NCBI GenBank assembly: GCA_046483985.1
Contig: JAWOCD010000109.1
Coordinates: forward strand, 1 to 42,054
From: Promethearchaeia archaeon
Lineage (GTDB): Archaea; Asgardarchaeota; Lokiarchaeia; Sigyniarchaeales; SOKP01
DNA length: 42,054 nt
Direction: 5' to 3'
Shown piece after piece: positions 28,657 to 38,952 of this stretch. Within the stretch, counting starts at the first letter, position 1. Each line of letters opens with the position of its first letter. The notes beneath the pieces were generated by a model, which saw nothing but the letters and a program-made list of their open reading frames with translations, was not told the origin of the DNA and ran no database searches. The position numbers and the translations under genes are program-made.

Positions 28657-28897
28657 ATAAAAAGTAATGTTATTAAATAAAGATTTTGGTAATGGTATTT
28701 ATTTTCTGATATGATATAGGAATATTATGTGAATTCCTCCTATTTAATTTATGCTTATTTTTTCGGATACTTCGGAAATACTTCGGATTAAAATTTTATA
28801 TAAAATATCATTTAAATAAAATTAAAGATTAATATTGAAGAATATTCAAAATTATATTAAAAGAACAAATAAAGAATTTAGTAAGAAGTGAAGTCAT

Positions 28898-30310
28898 TTG
28901 AAAAAAAACACACTTGTGGTAGCAGTTGTACTCCTTATAAGCACGCAAGTATTATTTATGGTTCCCTCACTTGTTGTCGGTGAGATTGACGAGGGAGAGC
29001 TACGAGAAGACCTTACCGAAAAAAACGTTGGCCTACAAGAGAAGTTATTTAAACCCGAAATTGAGGGAGGGTTAGATGGTAAGGCCGATAACAACGGTCA
29101 AAGTTATCCCGATACCGAACTCCATGCTCAGGAAAACATAATTGCAAGCTCCGCATTTTATACAAGATATACTCGGTCGGGAAATGCTAAGGCAGAAGAC
29201 TGGGGAGAAGATCTCTTTACAGCACTCGGTACAATAGCATCTGGAGGTAAAGTGGAGCGAAACGAAGAGGAGGGAGTTTATTATACCGCGGATCAAGGTA
29301 TGGTTTTAGAATTTCTGAGCATTGCATACCGACATTCTCAAAACCAAGAAATTACCAATTTAATGGAGACTACATATTCCTCATTAGGCGATTTTGAAGC
29401 GAATGAAACGGTGGGATACAGCGGATTCCCTAACGCTTATTGGAGAGCCATAGATTCTAACGGAAATAAGGAAAACCCTGAGGACGAAGCCTTTAAATTT
29501 TGTTATACGAATTCCTCTCTTTGGGCAATCATCGGAATGTTAAACTTTGGACAAGAAGTAGAAGACACAATCATAGACAACGATCATGACTATTCCGGAA
29601 CCAGCGTAACGCAAGCAAAGCAGATTATCCAATTCTGTGAAGATTACGCTTTTTTAAATGGGACCGGGTTCCTCGAATACCCTTACGCCAATATGACAGA
29701 CAGTAAAAAATATTTCCACTTCAATACACAAGTATTGGGTGCTCTTGCCTATACGAGACTCTATCAAGCCACTGAAGAACAATTGTACCTCGATAAAGCC
29801 AATATGCTTGTGGAATATATAATACCTGCCTATTTCTTAGATACGGGTGAAATTGGAGGATGTGTCTCAAGAATTTCTGTGGCCACGGGAAAAAAATCAA
29901 ATATAAAGTACGGCTATGATAACGCCTTATATGCCTACGCTTTACTTAACCTTTATGACGCCACCAATGAGCAAACATATCTGCAACGGGCAGAAGAAAT
30001 AACGAGATTCATGAACGACAATCTCTATAAAGTAAGTAAAGATGATTCCATCGTGGGGTATACAGAAAGATTAGTGGAGGGTAACGTAACCGAAGAAACA
30101 CTCCGCTATTGGAGAACAAATTCCCTGATGCTTTATGTAAATGAAGAGGTAATGTGGGAAATCCGTCCTTGGTATTTAAAATATATGTGGTTCCTAATCA
30201 TCGGCGCTATTGTGATTCTCGCAATCATAGGGATTATCATTTTGATAAGGAGACGGAATCGTATATTTAAGAAGGGAGCCGAATTTGCCGAAGGCGTTTT
30301 AGAAACTTAA
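28898..30310 (+). CDS. Membrane-anchored (alpha/alpha)6-barrel protein (glycoside hydrolase/AGE-like)
   Basis: Signal peptide, repeated LYQATEEQLYLDKA / LYDATNEQTYLQRAEE hairpins, C-terminal TM + RRR. Confidence 0.7.
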   Translation: MKKNTLVVAVVLLISTQVLFMVPSLVVGEIDEGELREDLTEKNVGLQEKLFKPEIEGGLDGKADNNGQSYPDTELHAQENIIASSAFYTRYTRSGNAKAEDWGEDLFTALGTIASGGKVERNEEEGVYYTADQGMVLEFLSIAYRHSQNQEITNLMETTYSSLGDFEANETVGYSGFPNAYWRAIDSNGNKENPEDEAFKFCYTNSSLWAIIGMLNFGQEVEDTIIDNDHDYSGTSVTQAKQIIQFCEDYAFLNGTGFLEYPYANMTDSKKYFHFNTQVLGALAYTRLYQATEEQLYLDKANMLVEYIIPAYFLDTGEIGGCVSRISVATGKKSNIKYGYDNALYAYALLNLYDATNEQTYLQRAEEITRFMNDNLYKVSKDDSIVGYTERLVEGNVTEETLRYWRTNSLMLYVNEEVMWEIRPWYLKYMWFLIIGAIVILAIIGIIILIRRRNRIFKKGAEFAEGVLET

Positions 30311-30378
30311 TAACGGAAAAATCAGTTTTTTTATTTCTTTCTCTTTTTATTTTCTAATTTAGAACCAAATCAGTTAGG

Positions 30379-31572
30379 TTAGGAAAGGTTTGGGATATAT
30401 TTTTGTTCACAATGCTCTATCATCGAATCCACATAGTCATCCATTTTTTTTGCAATTTCGGGATGGGAGAGCAATTGTACTTCTATTTTATCCCCGAGAT
30501 CCCATAGATAATATGGAGTTTCTTCATAGGGGACTTTTTCCTTTATTTCCTCAATCCATTTCTTCGGTAATTCATTCTTTAAATCAACTTCTAACATTTG
30601 AGCCAAAAATAAAGTCCAAGCCCTGGGGACCACCGTCATTAAATATCCTCCCCCGCCAAATGCTACCCATTTATTATTACAATACTTGTTGGCATACGAA
30701 TCTATTTCTTTTGCAAGCTCTTTATAGGCTTTTATAGAAAGTCCTAATTGCGTTAAGGGATCATTATAATGCGTGTCCACTCCTAACTGAGTAAATAACA
30801 AATCGGGTTTATATTTGTCTAATATTTGGGGAACGCACGCTTTGAACAATTTTAAATACATCTTACTGCTCGTTCCAGGAAGGATTGGAAAGTTCAGCGA
30901 ATAACCTTCCCCGAGATTCTTTCCCAATTCATCCGTATTCCCGGTCCCGGGAAACAAAAACTTTCCGCTTTCATGGAAGGAAATCGTAAGTACGTTGGGA
31001 TCATCATAGAACAACGATTGCACGCCATCGCCATGATGGCAATCGATATCTAAATACGCGATTTTAATATTTTTATCTAATTTTTTCAGATATTCGATCG
31101 CAACTGCAATATCATTAAAAATGCAAAATCCAGAAGCCTTATTTCTCTTTGCGTGATGGAGGCCTCCCGCGGGATTAAATGCCACATTGAAGGCATTATC
31201 CTTCCACACTGTTTCCGCTGCCGTTAAACTGGCTCCACAAATTAAGGCGGAAGCTCCGTACATCCCCTTAAAAATTGGATTATCTCCAGGGCCTAATCCA
31301 TAAAGGTACGGTTTTAGGTCGCTCCCGTTGTCTGGATCTTCACTTAATTGTTTTACAACATCTATATACTGAGAGGCATGGACCATTTCGATCTCTTTAC
31401 GTGTTGCTTCTCTCGGCGTAATCAATTCCAACCGATCATGATTCATAAGACTGAGTTTTTCGAGGAGACTATAGGTTAGCATTAACCGTAATGGCCTAAG
31501 GGGATGTCGGGGGCCAAAATTATACTTATTATACTCTTTGGTAAAGATTAATCCTACTTTCTCGCTTTTCAA
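30379..31572 (-). CDS. acuC: Class I histone-deacetylase-family protein (AcuC-like)
   Basis: HPLRPLR, GGLHHA, SGFC, DIDCHHGDG, FPGTG, GGGGY. Confidence 0.92.
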   Translation of the reverse strand: MKSEKVGLIFTKEYNKYNFGPRHPLRPLRLMLTYSLLEKLSLMNHDRLELITPREATRKEIEMVHASQYIDVVKQLSEDPDNGSDLKPYLYGLGPGDNPIFKGMYGASALICGASLTAAETVWKDNAFNVAFNPAGGLHHAKRNKASGFCIFNDIAVAIEYLKKLDKNIKIAYLDIDCHHGDGVQSLFYDDPNVLTISFHESGKFLFPGTGNTDELGKNLGEGYSLNFPILPGTSSKMYLKLFKACVPQILDKYKPDLLFTQLGVDTHYNDPLTQLGLSIKAYKELAKEIDSYANKYCNNKWVAFGGGGYLMTVVPRAWTLFLAQMLEVDLKNELPKKWIEEIKEKVPYEETPYYLWDLGDKIEVQLLSHPEIAKKMDDYVDSMIEHCEQKYIPNLS

Positions 31573-32287
31573 AATTTTTTTACCACATTTAAAAGACTCT
31601 GTATTTATTATAAAAGATCCAATATTTTTAAGATTAGTCTTTCTATATTTATCTATAATAGGGTTTTAGGTATGGTTTTTATTTTTTTAGGCACGTTCCG
31701 CCTTTGGTTGGATATAAGAATATTTTAGGATTAATTTTTTTAGATTTTCTGAATCTCCAATAATAAATATTTCTCCTTTTTCATAGGAGAAAAGGGAAAG
31801 GTTTTTAAATCATGATTATAATAATAAAATTAGTACTAAAAAGGAAAAAAAGAAAGTACAATAGAGAGGCCTGTTGGCCTAGAGCCCAAATATATTCTTA
31901 TACCCCCAAAATTGGGAGTGAAACCCAAAAAAACCCTGTTATTAGATAAATATTATAAAAGTTTCTTATTCTGCAAAAATATGGGCTCATACTTTCCATT
32001 TCCTTCACTATTTCTTTTAATATCGCAATTTCATATCGAAGAGAGTTTTAGCAAAATGGCATTTTCCTTAGTAAGCACCAAAATAGTTGTTATTATATTA
32101 AATGAAAAGTTATATAAAATTTGTGGAAAGTAGATTTTGAAATCCTACTCCAAAAAAAAAGATATAAAATCAAATTTCGCGATGTATTTTTTAACAAAGA
32201 TGAGGAAACATAACATAGTATTTATACCCATCTGGTGCATAAAAACTGAATAAGCGAATTATAGAAAAAGTAGAAACTCATAAAAAA

Positions 32288-33355
32288 TTGGAACACTGCG
32301 ATGCTCTCTTAGTTACCAAGCCGGAAAATATTTTGTATCTTTTAGGTTTTTCCATAGAAAGCAACGCTGCGATTTTATTTAGCCAAGAAGATAAAGAAGA
32401 GGGAAAAATTCTTCTAATTCTTAATCCGATGGAAATGGAACAGGCAAAAGAAAAGATCGAACAAAATGAAGAGATTAAAAACCTTATTACCATACAAGAA
32501 GTTCGGTCCGTGAACGCGAAAACTCTTCGGAAAATAATTAACAAACAGAAGTACTCCTCTCTTGCATTTGAAGAAGATTATGTGTCAGTTCAAAAATATC
32601 GAACATGGAAGGACAAATTTAACGTAGACGAGTTTTGCCCAGGTTCAGAAATCTTATCAGATGCAAGGTTGCAAAAAACGCCTATAGAAATTGACCGAAT
32701 GAAACGGGCAGCCGAAATCGGTGATATTGGATTTCAAACCATCTATGAGACTATTAAAGAGGGAATGACAGAAAAGGAGCTAGCCGCGGAGGCAGAATAT
32801 GCAATGAGAAAAGCGGGGAGTGACGGGACCTCCTTTGATATTATCGTTGCGTCTGGGGCTCACTCGGCATACCCACATGCAAAAACGTCGAAAAAAAAGG
32901 TGAAAAAGGACGAAATTATCCTAGTAGATCTCGGAGCAAAATATAAGGGCTATTGTTCAGACATGAGCCGGACTTTTTTCTTCGGAAATCCTCCCGAGGA
33001 ATGCAAAGAATTAATTAACTTGGTCAACGCGGGACAAAAATATGTCCTTAAAAAAGCGAAGGCAGATATGGAGGGAAAAAAATTGGACAAAATAACACGA
33101 ACTTATTTTAAAGAACAAAAAAAAGAATGGGCAAACCGATTCCTTCATAGTTTAGGGCATGGAGTAGGGATTGACATACATGAAAAACCCTATTTATCCC
33201 CTATTTCTGATGATATTCTTAAAACAAATATGGTTTGCACTTTAGAGCCCGGATTATACATTAAAGGCGTGGGAGGTGCGCGAACGGAGGATCAAATCAT
33301 TATTAAGGAAAATAAGGCTGTTCCCATAACAAGGTCAAAAAAGATTTTTTATTGA
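32288..33355 (+). CDS. Xaa-Pro aminopeptidase (M24); start may be further upstream
   Basis: DLGAKYKGYCSDMSRT, HSLGHGVGIDIHEKP, TLEPGLY, GARTED. Confidence 0.93.
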   Translation: MEHCDALLVTKPENILYLLGFSIESNAAILFSQEDKEEGKILLILNPMEMEQAKEKIEQNEEIKNLITIQEVRSVNAKTLRKIINKQKYSSLAFEEDYVSVQKYRTWKDKFNVDEFCPGSEILSDARLQKTPIEIDRMKRAAEIGDIGFQTIYETIKEGMTEKELAAEAEYAMRKAGSDGTSFDIIVASGAHSAYPHAKTSKKKVKKDEIILVDLGAKYKGYCSDMSRTFFFGNPPEECKELINLVNAGQKYVLKKAKADMEGKKLDKITRTYFKEQKKEWANRFLHSLGHGVGIDIHEKPYLSPISDDILKTNMVCTLEPGLYIKGVGGARTEDQIIIKENKAVPITRSKKIFY

Positions 33356-33377
33356 AGTCTCCCCGCCCTAAAGGACG
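33352..33377 (-). mobile_element. 26-bp IS200/IS605 right-end fragment supplying the peptidase stop codon
   Basis: ttgaagtctccccgccctaaaggacg, identical to 41607-41632. Confidence 0.85.
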
Positions 33378-33554
33378 TATAAAAATGTTTGTAAAATTAT
33401 TTGTAAAATTATTTATGAAAAAAGCAAAAGAATTTAATAAGGTCAAAATCTAACTAATAATTATACAATGCTTCGGATTAATATCTTAGCATTAAAATAG
33501 TTCGTAATTATAAAAAGAAGCAGAACCTTAATTTAAGGTTGGAGAACCAACCTA

Positions 33555-33622
33555 TATTGTCTAATATACTAATCACGCATTAGAAAATATGAATCTTACG
33601 CCTTTAGGCGTGAGGAGTTCAA
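33555..33622 (+). mobile_element. Diverged IS200/IS605 right-end remnant
   Basis: gaatcttacgcctttaggcgtgaggagttcaa hairpin + TTCAA, preceded by a tctaat...attaga stem. The 5' limit is approximate. Confidence 0.72.
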
Positions 33623-33672
33623 ATCTTGAAGATACCTATAAGAATAGAAGGATTGCGGAAGTGAATCTTAAA

Positions 33673-34119
33673 ATGGTAAAAAAAGTTGAGTTAAGAACGG
33701 GAATGGAAATCGAGTTTGATAAAGAAGCTCCTAAGACTTTATTTGAAATTATTATCAGCGACATTTTCATCCCAAAATATAAAGAGACAGACGATTTCAA
33801 CCTTGCCATCAATGTGGTTCTCAACGAGATGAATCGGCTCATCAAAGAGTATAATCTTGATCCCGAATTAAAAATAGGATTATTAGATGAGATTGAATAT
33901 CATTTAGATAAGGATCTGGAAGAACTAAGCGGAGTGGCTAAAATAGAAATCTTATTTCTTAATATGGAGGACTATATCCAAGATATTAAAAAACTAATAA
34001 CTTCAGGTAAGGGTAAGGTAGAATTAAGGCAAGATATGGCCAATCTTATTGCACCGCTCACTTTATTTGAATTGGGCGAGCTTTTTATTTTCTTGGGAAA
34101 GGAGGCTTTTTTAAAATAG
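33673..34119 (+). CDS. Hypothetical helical protein (probable start MVKKVELR)
   Basis: The longer ORF from 33589 begins inside the IS remnant, so ATG 33673 (or GTG 33661) is more plausible. Confidence 0.65.
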   Translation: MVKKVELRTGMEIEFDKEAPKTLFEIIISDIFIPKYKETDDFNLAINVVLNEMNRLIKEYNLDPELKIGLLDEIEYHLDKDLEELSGVAKIEILFLNMEDYIQDIKKLITSGKGKVELRQDMANLIAPLTLFELGELFIFLGKEAFLK

Positions 34120-34185
34120 GAGAACAATGAAAAACTTCTTTTTATTTTTCTTTTTCTCATTAGAGAGTAAAATTAAAATATTTCT

Positions 34186-35337
34186 GTGAAGACTAATATG
34201 CGTAGAAACTACATCTCATTTTTCTTTACATACTTTGTAGTAAATGTGGTGACTGTGTTCATCAATGTGTATCTTCCCGTATATTATTTTCAAATACTGA
34301 ACATCAACAGAGAGAATTTAGCGTTTGTTCAAATTTTCTCTTATTCCGCATTTTTGGTAAAACCAATTATCTCAATCTATTTCGACACCAATGAATCTCA
34401 GAAAAGAATATTGGCAATAGCAAGTGCCTACGGGATAATTATAAGCTTTGGACTAATGATTTTTATTCTCCCCTTACTAATTCTATTTGGAATACTCCTT
34501 GCAATGAATTTCGCATTTCTCTCTTTATTAGATGTATCCGTTGACAAATTTTTAGTGAAATCTCCCAAAAAAGATAATATTGTGGATAAGAACATCATAT
34601 TCACCCAAGTCGGTGCTGTTTGCGGCACCATTTTTACCAACATCGCGTTCTTATTATTCGTCTCGGATATTTATAAACTTATATACTGGAATAATTTCAC
34701 CATTTTTTTACTGATAGGCATTATTCCAATAGGGGGAATTATCTGGTTGTTAAGAGAAAAGGAAAAAGATAGTCCAGTGGAGTCCGAGCCGACTAAGTGG
34801 GGGGATATAGATAAAAAAAGCATTGTTCTAATGTCCCTTTTTATTTTTTTAGTATATGGAGATAAACTCTATGAATATCCATTAGAACCGTGGATATTGG
34901 AAAAATTCGGCGAGCACTTGTTTGCTGTGTTTGTGCAATTGCTAATTCTTATGGTATTTATCAATTTGATTGGGTTAATCTTAGCGGGTGTGATCTCTAA
35001 AAAATTTAACAGAAAAAAAATTCTCATTATCTCCTCCTTATCATACGGTTTAATTTCCCTCATCGTTCCTTTTGTAAGTGTTCTTTGGTTCTTTCTCTTA
35101 TTTGGCATCCTTCAAATTATTGCCTCTTTTATCATTATAAATATGATGAGAATCATGATTAATCTGGCAAATAAAAAGGTCACATACTTTCAAGTGATGG
35201 CAGCCTTTGTGTTTCTCGCCCAAGTCATTTTCGTCCCTTTAGGAACCTATTTAAGCGCTTTTATTGTAACTGAATCTATAATCATTCTTTCGGGAATTTT
35301 AATCATTGGCTCGGTAATTCCCCTTCTATTCCTATAG
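34186..35337 (+). CDS. MFS transporter
   Basis: About 12 TM segments; YLPVYYF, GDKLYEYPLEPWI. Confidence 0.85.
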   Translation: MKTNMRRNYISFFFTYFVVNVVTVFINVYLPVYYFQILNINRENLAFVQIFSYSAFLVKPIISIYFDTNESQKRILAIASAYGIIISFGLMIFILPLLILFGILLAMNFAFLSLLDVSVDKFLVKSPKKDNIVDKNIIFTQVGAVCGTIFTNIAFLLFVSDIYKLIYWNNFTIFLLIGIIPIGGIIWLLREKEKDSPVESEPTKWGDIDKKSIVLMSLFIFLVYGDKLYEYPLEPWILEKFGEHLFAVFVQLLILMVFINLIGLILAGVISKKFNRKKILIISSLSYGLISLIVPFVSVLWFFLLFGILQIIASFIIINMMRIMINLANKKVTYFQVMAAFVFLAQVIFVPLGTYLSAFIVTESIIILSGILIIGSVIPLLFL

Positions 35338-35353
35338 AAGTTCTCCGGTTATC

Positions 35354-36547
35354 TTAGCTGATTCTAACCATTGATAATGGAAGGAGGGAAATTACTAAGA
35401 TTGTGCCAGAAAGAATAAAAATAATTTCTGTCGCCAAAAAACTGGAAAGGAATGTTCCCAAAGGTACAAAGATAATAATTGAAAGAGAAAAAAATAAGAT
35501 AATGATCTGAATATAAAAGACGTTCTTGTCCTTTGCAAATTCTAAAATTAACGATGAAAGATTTACTGAGATAATGCCTGCTAAGATTTGTACAATTGCA
35601 AATAAAACTAATAGGGCAAAAAAGCTGACAAATCCAAATAATATTTCAAAGACACCACATAAGGCGGTACAGAAGGCAATTATATTTTTTCTGTTTATAT
35701 TTTTTAAAATATATGTTCCAATAAAAAAGCCGACCATATTCACAAAGATCCCGATAATCATCAACAATGAAAATAGATAAAATTGATTTTCTCCGAATTT
35801 ATCAACGATCCACGGTTCTAACGGAAATTCAAATAATTTATCTCCATATAACAAGAAAATAAAGAGACATATAGAAATATATGAGAGTTTAAATTTAGGT
35901 GGTGTGGAGCCACTTTGAGAAGAATGGTTTTCTTTTGAAAAAGCTCGACTTGACCTCTCATTCTCGGAGGAAAAGAGAGCAAAAATAACTAAAGGAATAA
36001 GAAAAAGAAAGCTGAAGCTTAAAAAGAGAGTCCAAGCACCAACAGAATAAATATTTTGAAAATAGAAAAGAAAAACAACATTCGGAAACATAGATCCTAA
36101 AGCGGCTCCAATTTTTGTGAAAAATGTATTTTTCGTTTTTTCTTCTCTTGAGAACGAGACGTCCACGAGTAAGCCCTTAGTCGCAACTTCTAACATTGAG
36201 GACGCAATAAAATTAACGCAGAGAAAAATCCCAAAGATGTAAAGCTCGCTCAAATTAAAGGTAATGCCCATAAAACTTAGGAAAAGGATTAATGCAGAGA
36301 CAATTAGGTAAGGTTTTCGTTTATAGTTTCGAATTGAGTACTTGTCACTTATAAACCCGAATATAGGTTTGAGAAGCAAACCAGCATAGGAAAATAGTTG
36401 AATAAATGACAATTTTACCCTGTCTACGTTAAGGACGTTAAAAAAAAAGACCGGTAAATAGGTATTAAGATAGACTAAAACGGCTGTTGTTGAAAAATAG
36501 ACTATCATAAAAGAGAGCTTATTAAAATTTGTTGTCATCTTTTCCAA
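35354..36547 (-). CDS. MFS transporter (paralog of its neighbour)
   Basis: KPIFGFISDK...RKPY, YLPVFFF, GDKLFEFPLEPWI. Confidence 0.87.
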   Translation of the reverse strand: MEKMTTNFNKLSFMIVYFSTTAVLVYLNTYLPVFFFNVLNVDRVKLSFIQLFSYAGLLLKPIFGFISDKYSIRNYKRKPYLIVSALILFLSFMGITFNLSELYIFGIFLCVNFIASSMLEVATKGLLVDVSFSREEKTKNTFFTKIGAALGSMFPNVVFLFYFQNIYSVGAWTLFLSFSFLFLIPLVIFALFSSENERSSRAFSKENHSSQSGSTPPKFKLSYISICLFIFLLYGDKLFEFPLEPWIVDKFGENQFYLFSLLMIIGIFVNMVGFFIGTYILKNINRKNIIAFCTALCGVFEILFGFVSFFALLVLFAIVQILAGIISVNLSSLILEFAKDKNVFYIQIIILFFSLSIIIFVPLGTFLSSFLATEIIFILSGTILVISLLPLSMVRIS

Positions 36548-36603
36548 TTTTTCATTGGTACTTTTAATGTTTGGTATTTTTTTAGAAGAAGATATAAAAA
36601 CAT

Positions 36604-36654
36604 AAATAAAATTGAAATAGAAATAAAATTGAAATAGAAATAAAATTGAAATAG
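36604..36654. repeat. Three 17-bp tandem repeats
   Basis: aaataaaattgaaatag x3 in a divergent intergenic region. Confidence 0.92.
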
Positions 36655-36679
36655 AATTATTCCTTTTTCTCTAAAGAAG

Positions 36680-37876
36680 ATGAATCTAAGGAAAGTAAAA
36701 AAGAATAAGATCGTATTTTTGAGTATTGGAATACCTTGTTTTATCTTTGTTTTCTATATCCTCATCACTTATTACATCTTATTTAGCGCATATTATTTAA
36801 TTTTGTTATTAGTTCTCCTGTTTGGACATTTTAGAACAAAACGCAAATACATCCGATTGACGAAAATCAGTGTGCTCATGGTTATCGTCTTCTTTGTTAC
36901 TTTTTATAATGTAAGCCGCATTCCAAGTCAAATTCAGCACCATTCCCTTGGAGGAAGAAAAAATCTCATTGAACCCCATAATCCACATATTGAAAACCTC
37001 CAGCACAATTTCTCTGAGTGGCATTTACAAAAATATAATCAATCCTTTTCATCGGTTGAGGAATCCACAAGAGAAGAATTAAACCAAAAGTTACAGCGAG
37101 TACATCATTATATCTATGACTATCGAATGGAATATACCCCGGATTCTGAAGCCCCTTATCATACCAGTGATTACATTGCAACAATAGATGAAATTTTTCA
37201 GAGTGATACGGACGGGGACGGCAAATTGCAGGATGACTGCGACGGAATCACATTGGTTACCGTTTCTTTGTTAATCCATTTAGGATACGATGCATTTATT
37301 GCCGAATGTATCGGACATTGGAACACCATAGTATTTCCAGAAGGGGTTAATCCAGAAACAGAAGCTGGTTTCGAGAAAGGGATTCATTTATATAATAGCT
37401 GGGGACGCCCTACTTTTTATATGTTCAATCAATCAAGAATTATCATCCCTCCTGGTCGACCAGTATATAAAAGCGTAGCGGAAGTTTTTTTTGACGAGAG
37501 AACCTACACCTATGATTATCTTGATTTTTTTCGGGGACAGTATCTCGATTTGCCTTTATATTTGCTGATAGTGGTCGCCTATATCTTAATTTTGGTTGCC
37601 GCCGCCATCACCTTTTATGTGGTGAAATTTGGAATTGAGAAAAAGGAAAGGATAAGAAAATTAAAGTGCAGATGGTTTTTCTCGAAAAATTCAGGAAAAT
37701 CCATATTCTACGGAAGCCTCATCGGGTCTTATTTCGCATTTATCATCTTCTGGTTTACTGTGTCTGGGTTCGGATTCCTAGGAACGTCATTACTTGCTCT
37801 TGCATTTATTATATTAATGCGGTATTTCGAATTTTCCATAAAGAAAAAGTCCATTACCAAAAAAAAGAAAACATAA
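36680..37876 (+). CDS. Polytopic membrane protein with a transglutaminase-like Cys-His domain
   Basis: TM helices at both ends; central DTDGDGKLQDDCDGITLVTVSLLIHLGY...IGHWNTIV. Confidence 0.6.
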   Translation: MNLRKVKKNKIVFLSIGIPCFIFVFYILITYYILFSAYYLILLLVLLFGHFRTKRKYIRLTKISVLMVIVFFVTFYNVSRIPSQIQHHSLGGRKNLIEPHNPHIENLQHNFSEWHLQKYNQSFSSVEESTREELNQKLQRVHHYIYDYRMEYTPDSEAPYHTSDYIATIDEIFQSDTDGDGKLQDDCDGITLVTVSLLIHLGYDAFIAECIGHWNTIVFPEGVNPETEAGFEKGIHLYNSWGRPTFYMFNQSRIIIPPGRPVYKSVAEVFFDERTYTYDYLDFFRGQYLDLPLYLLIVVAYILILVAAAITFYVVKFGIEKKERIRKLKCRWFFSKNSGKSIFYGSLIGSYFAFIIFWFTVSGFGFLGTSLLALAFIILMRYFEFSIKKKSITKKKKT

Positions 37877-37884
37877 GGATTTGT

Positions 37885-38952
37885 TTATAATTTCTCGATA
37901 GGCTCTTTTTTCCCCGTCTCCGAGGATTTATAAAGCGCCTTAATTAAGCAGAGGACCTTTGCGCTCTCATCAATGGTATTTAAATACGGAATATCTTCTA
38001 AAATCCACTTTCCGAAGGCTTTTACTGAGCGCCCAAAATGCATAAATCCTCTCAAAAGTTTATCCACCTTATATTTTTTCACGCCTTTCCACTTCAACTT
38101 CGATGGCCAAGGACCTTTATAATGACACCGCCCCTTTTCTCCGAAAACTTCTAACTCCACTTGATCTCCAAAAATCCTTCTCATTTTCGGTTTTACGATA
38201 GACGAGTTATTTATTTGCGCATAACTTCCGTTTTCAAACTCTACGATCCCGAAGCCTACATCTTCCACCTCAATATCGTCAAATTTTACATTATCAACTT
38301 TTCCCATTACAGTCGAGGGCTCTCCCATTGCCCAAATCATAATATCTATTAGATGAGAACCATGAATAATGAGAGTGCCTCCTCCTGCGGCATCCATGCT
38401 TTTCCGCCATGTTCCTTTTTCAAAATATCCCTCGTCGCGACTGAAAAAGACTCGACAATTAGCATAATAAACTTGCCCTAAACGATTATTTTGTATGCCG
38501 TATGCCAACCTATAGCAATTATGGTCATAGCGATAATTGTAATTAAATCCCAGTTTGAGATTAGAATATTTGGTATCCAATCGTTTGATCTCTCTGGCCT
38601 CCTCTACGGTGGTGCACACGGGTTTTTCGCATAACACATGCTTGCCCGCCTCAAAGGCTTGTTTTATCATTTTTTTATGAAGATTATGCGGGGTGGCAAT
38701 GTAGACGGCATCGATATCTTCCTTATCAAACATCATATTGATGTCTTTATAGGCATGATCATTGCCCCCTACTGATTGTGCACGTTCAATATTTAGATCC
38801 GTTGCCGCCACAATCTTGGTATTTTTAATCACCTTCGAAAGTAAGTTGTATTCCTTAGTAATCCAGCCACATCCAATTACTCCTACTTTAATGTGATCGT
38901 GGTCACTATCCACTTTAGTTCCCCTCACTATTTCCTTCAAATACCCATTCAA
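37885..38952 (-). CDS. Gfo/Idh/MocA oxidoreductase
   Basis: GVIGCGWI, ATPHNLH, CEKP, GGGTLIIHGSH. Confidence 0.92.
   Translation of the reverse strand: MNGYLKEIVRGTKVDSDHDHIKVGVIGCGWITKEYNLLSKVIKNTKIVAATDLNIERAQSVGGNDHAYKDINMMFDKEDIDAVYIATPHNLHKKMIKQAFEAGKHVLCEKPVCTTVEEAREIKRLDTKYSNLKLGFNYNYRYDHNCYRLAYGIQNNRLGQVYYANCRVFFSRDEGYFEKGTWRKSMDAAGGGTLIIHGSHLIDIMIWAMGEPSTVMGKVDNVKFDDIEVEDVGFGIVEFENGSYAQINNSSIVKPKMRRIFGDQVELEVFGEKGRCHYKGPWPSKLKWKGVKKYKVDKLLRGFMHFGRSVKAFGKWILEDIPYLNTIDESAKVLCLIKALYKSSETGKKEPIEKL

Noticed and set aside
31912-32133. 73-aa ORF in the intergenic region
   Set aside because: TTG start, low-complexity AT-driven composition, no motif.
33353-33355. TGA stops (here and in mntA, HAD, OYE) as selenocysteine read-through
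   Set aside because: Each falls at the expected protein end, and no SECIS-like element was recognised.
33589-33672. N-terminal extension of the hypothetical protein
   Set aside because: It starts inside the IS right-end remnant.
36604-36654. 17-bp repeats read as a mini-CRISPR
   Set aside because: The units are contiguous, with no spacers.
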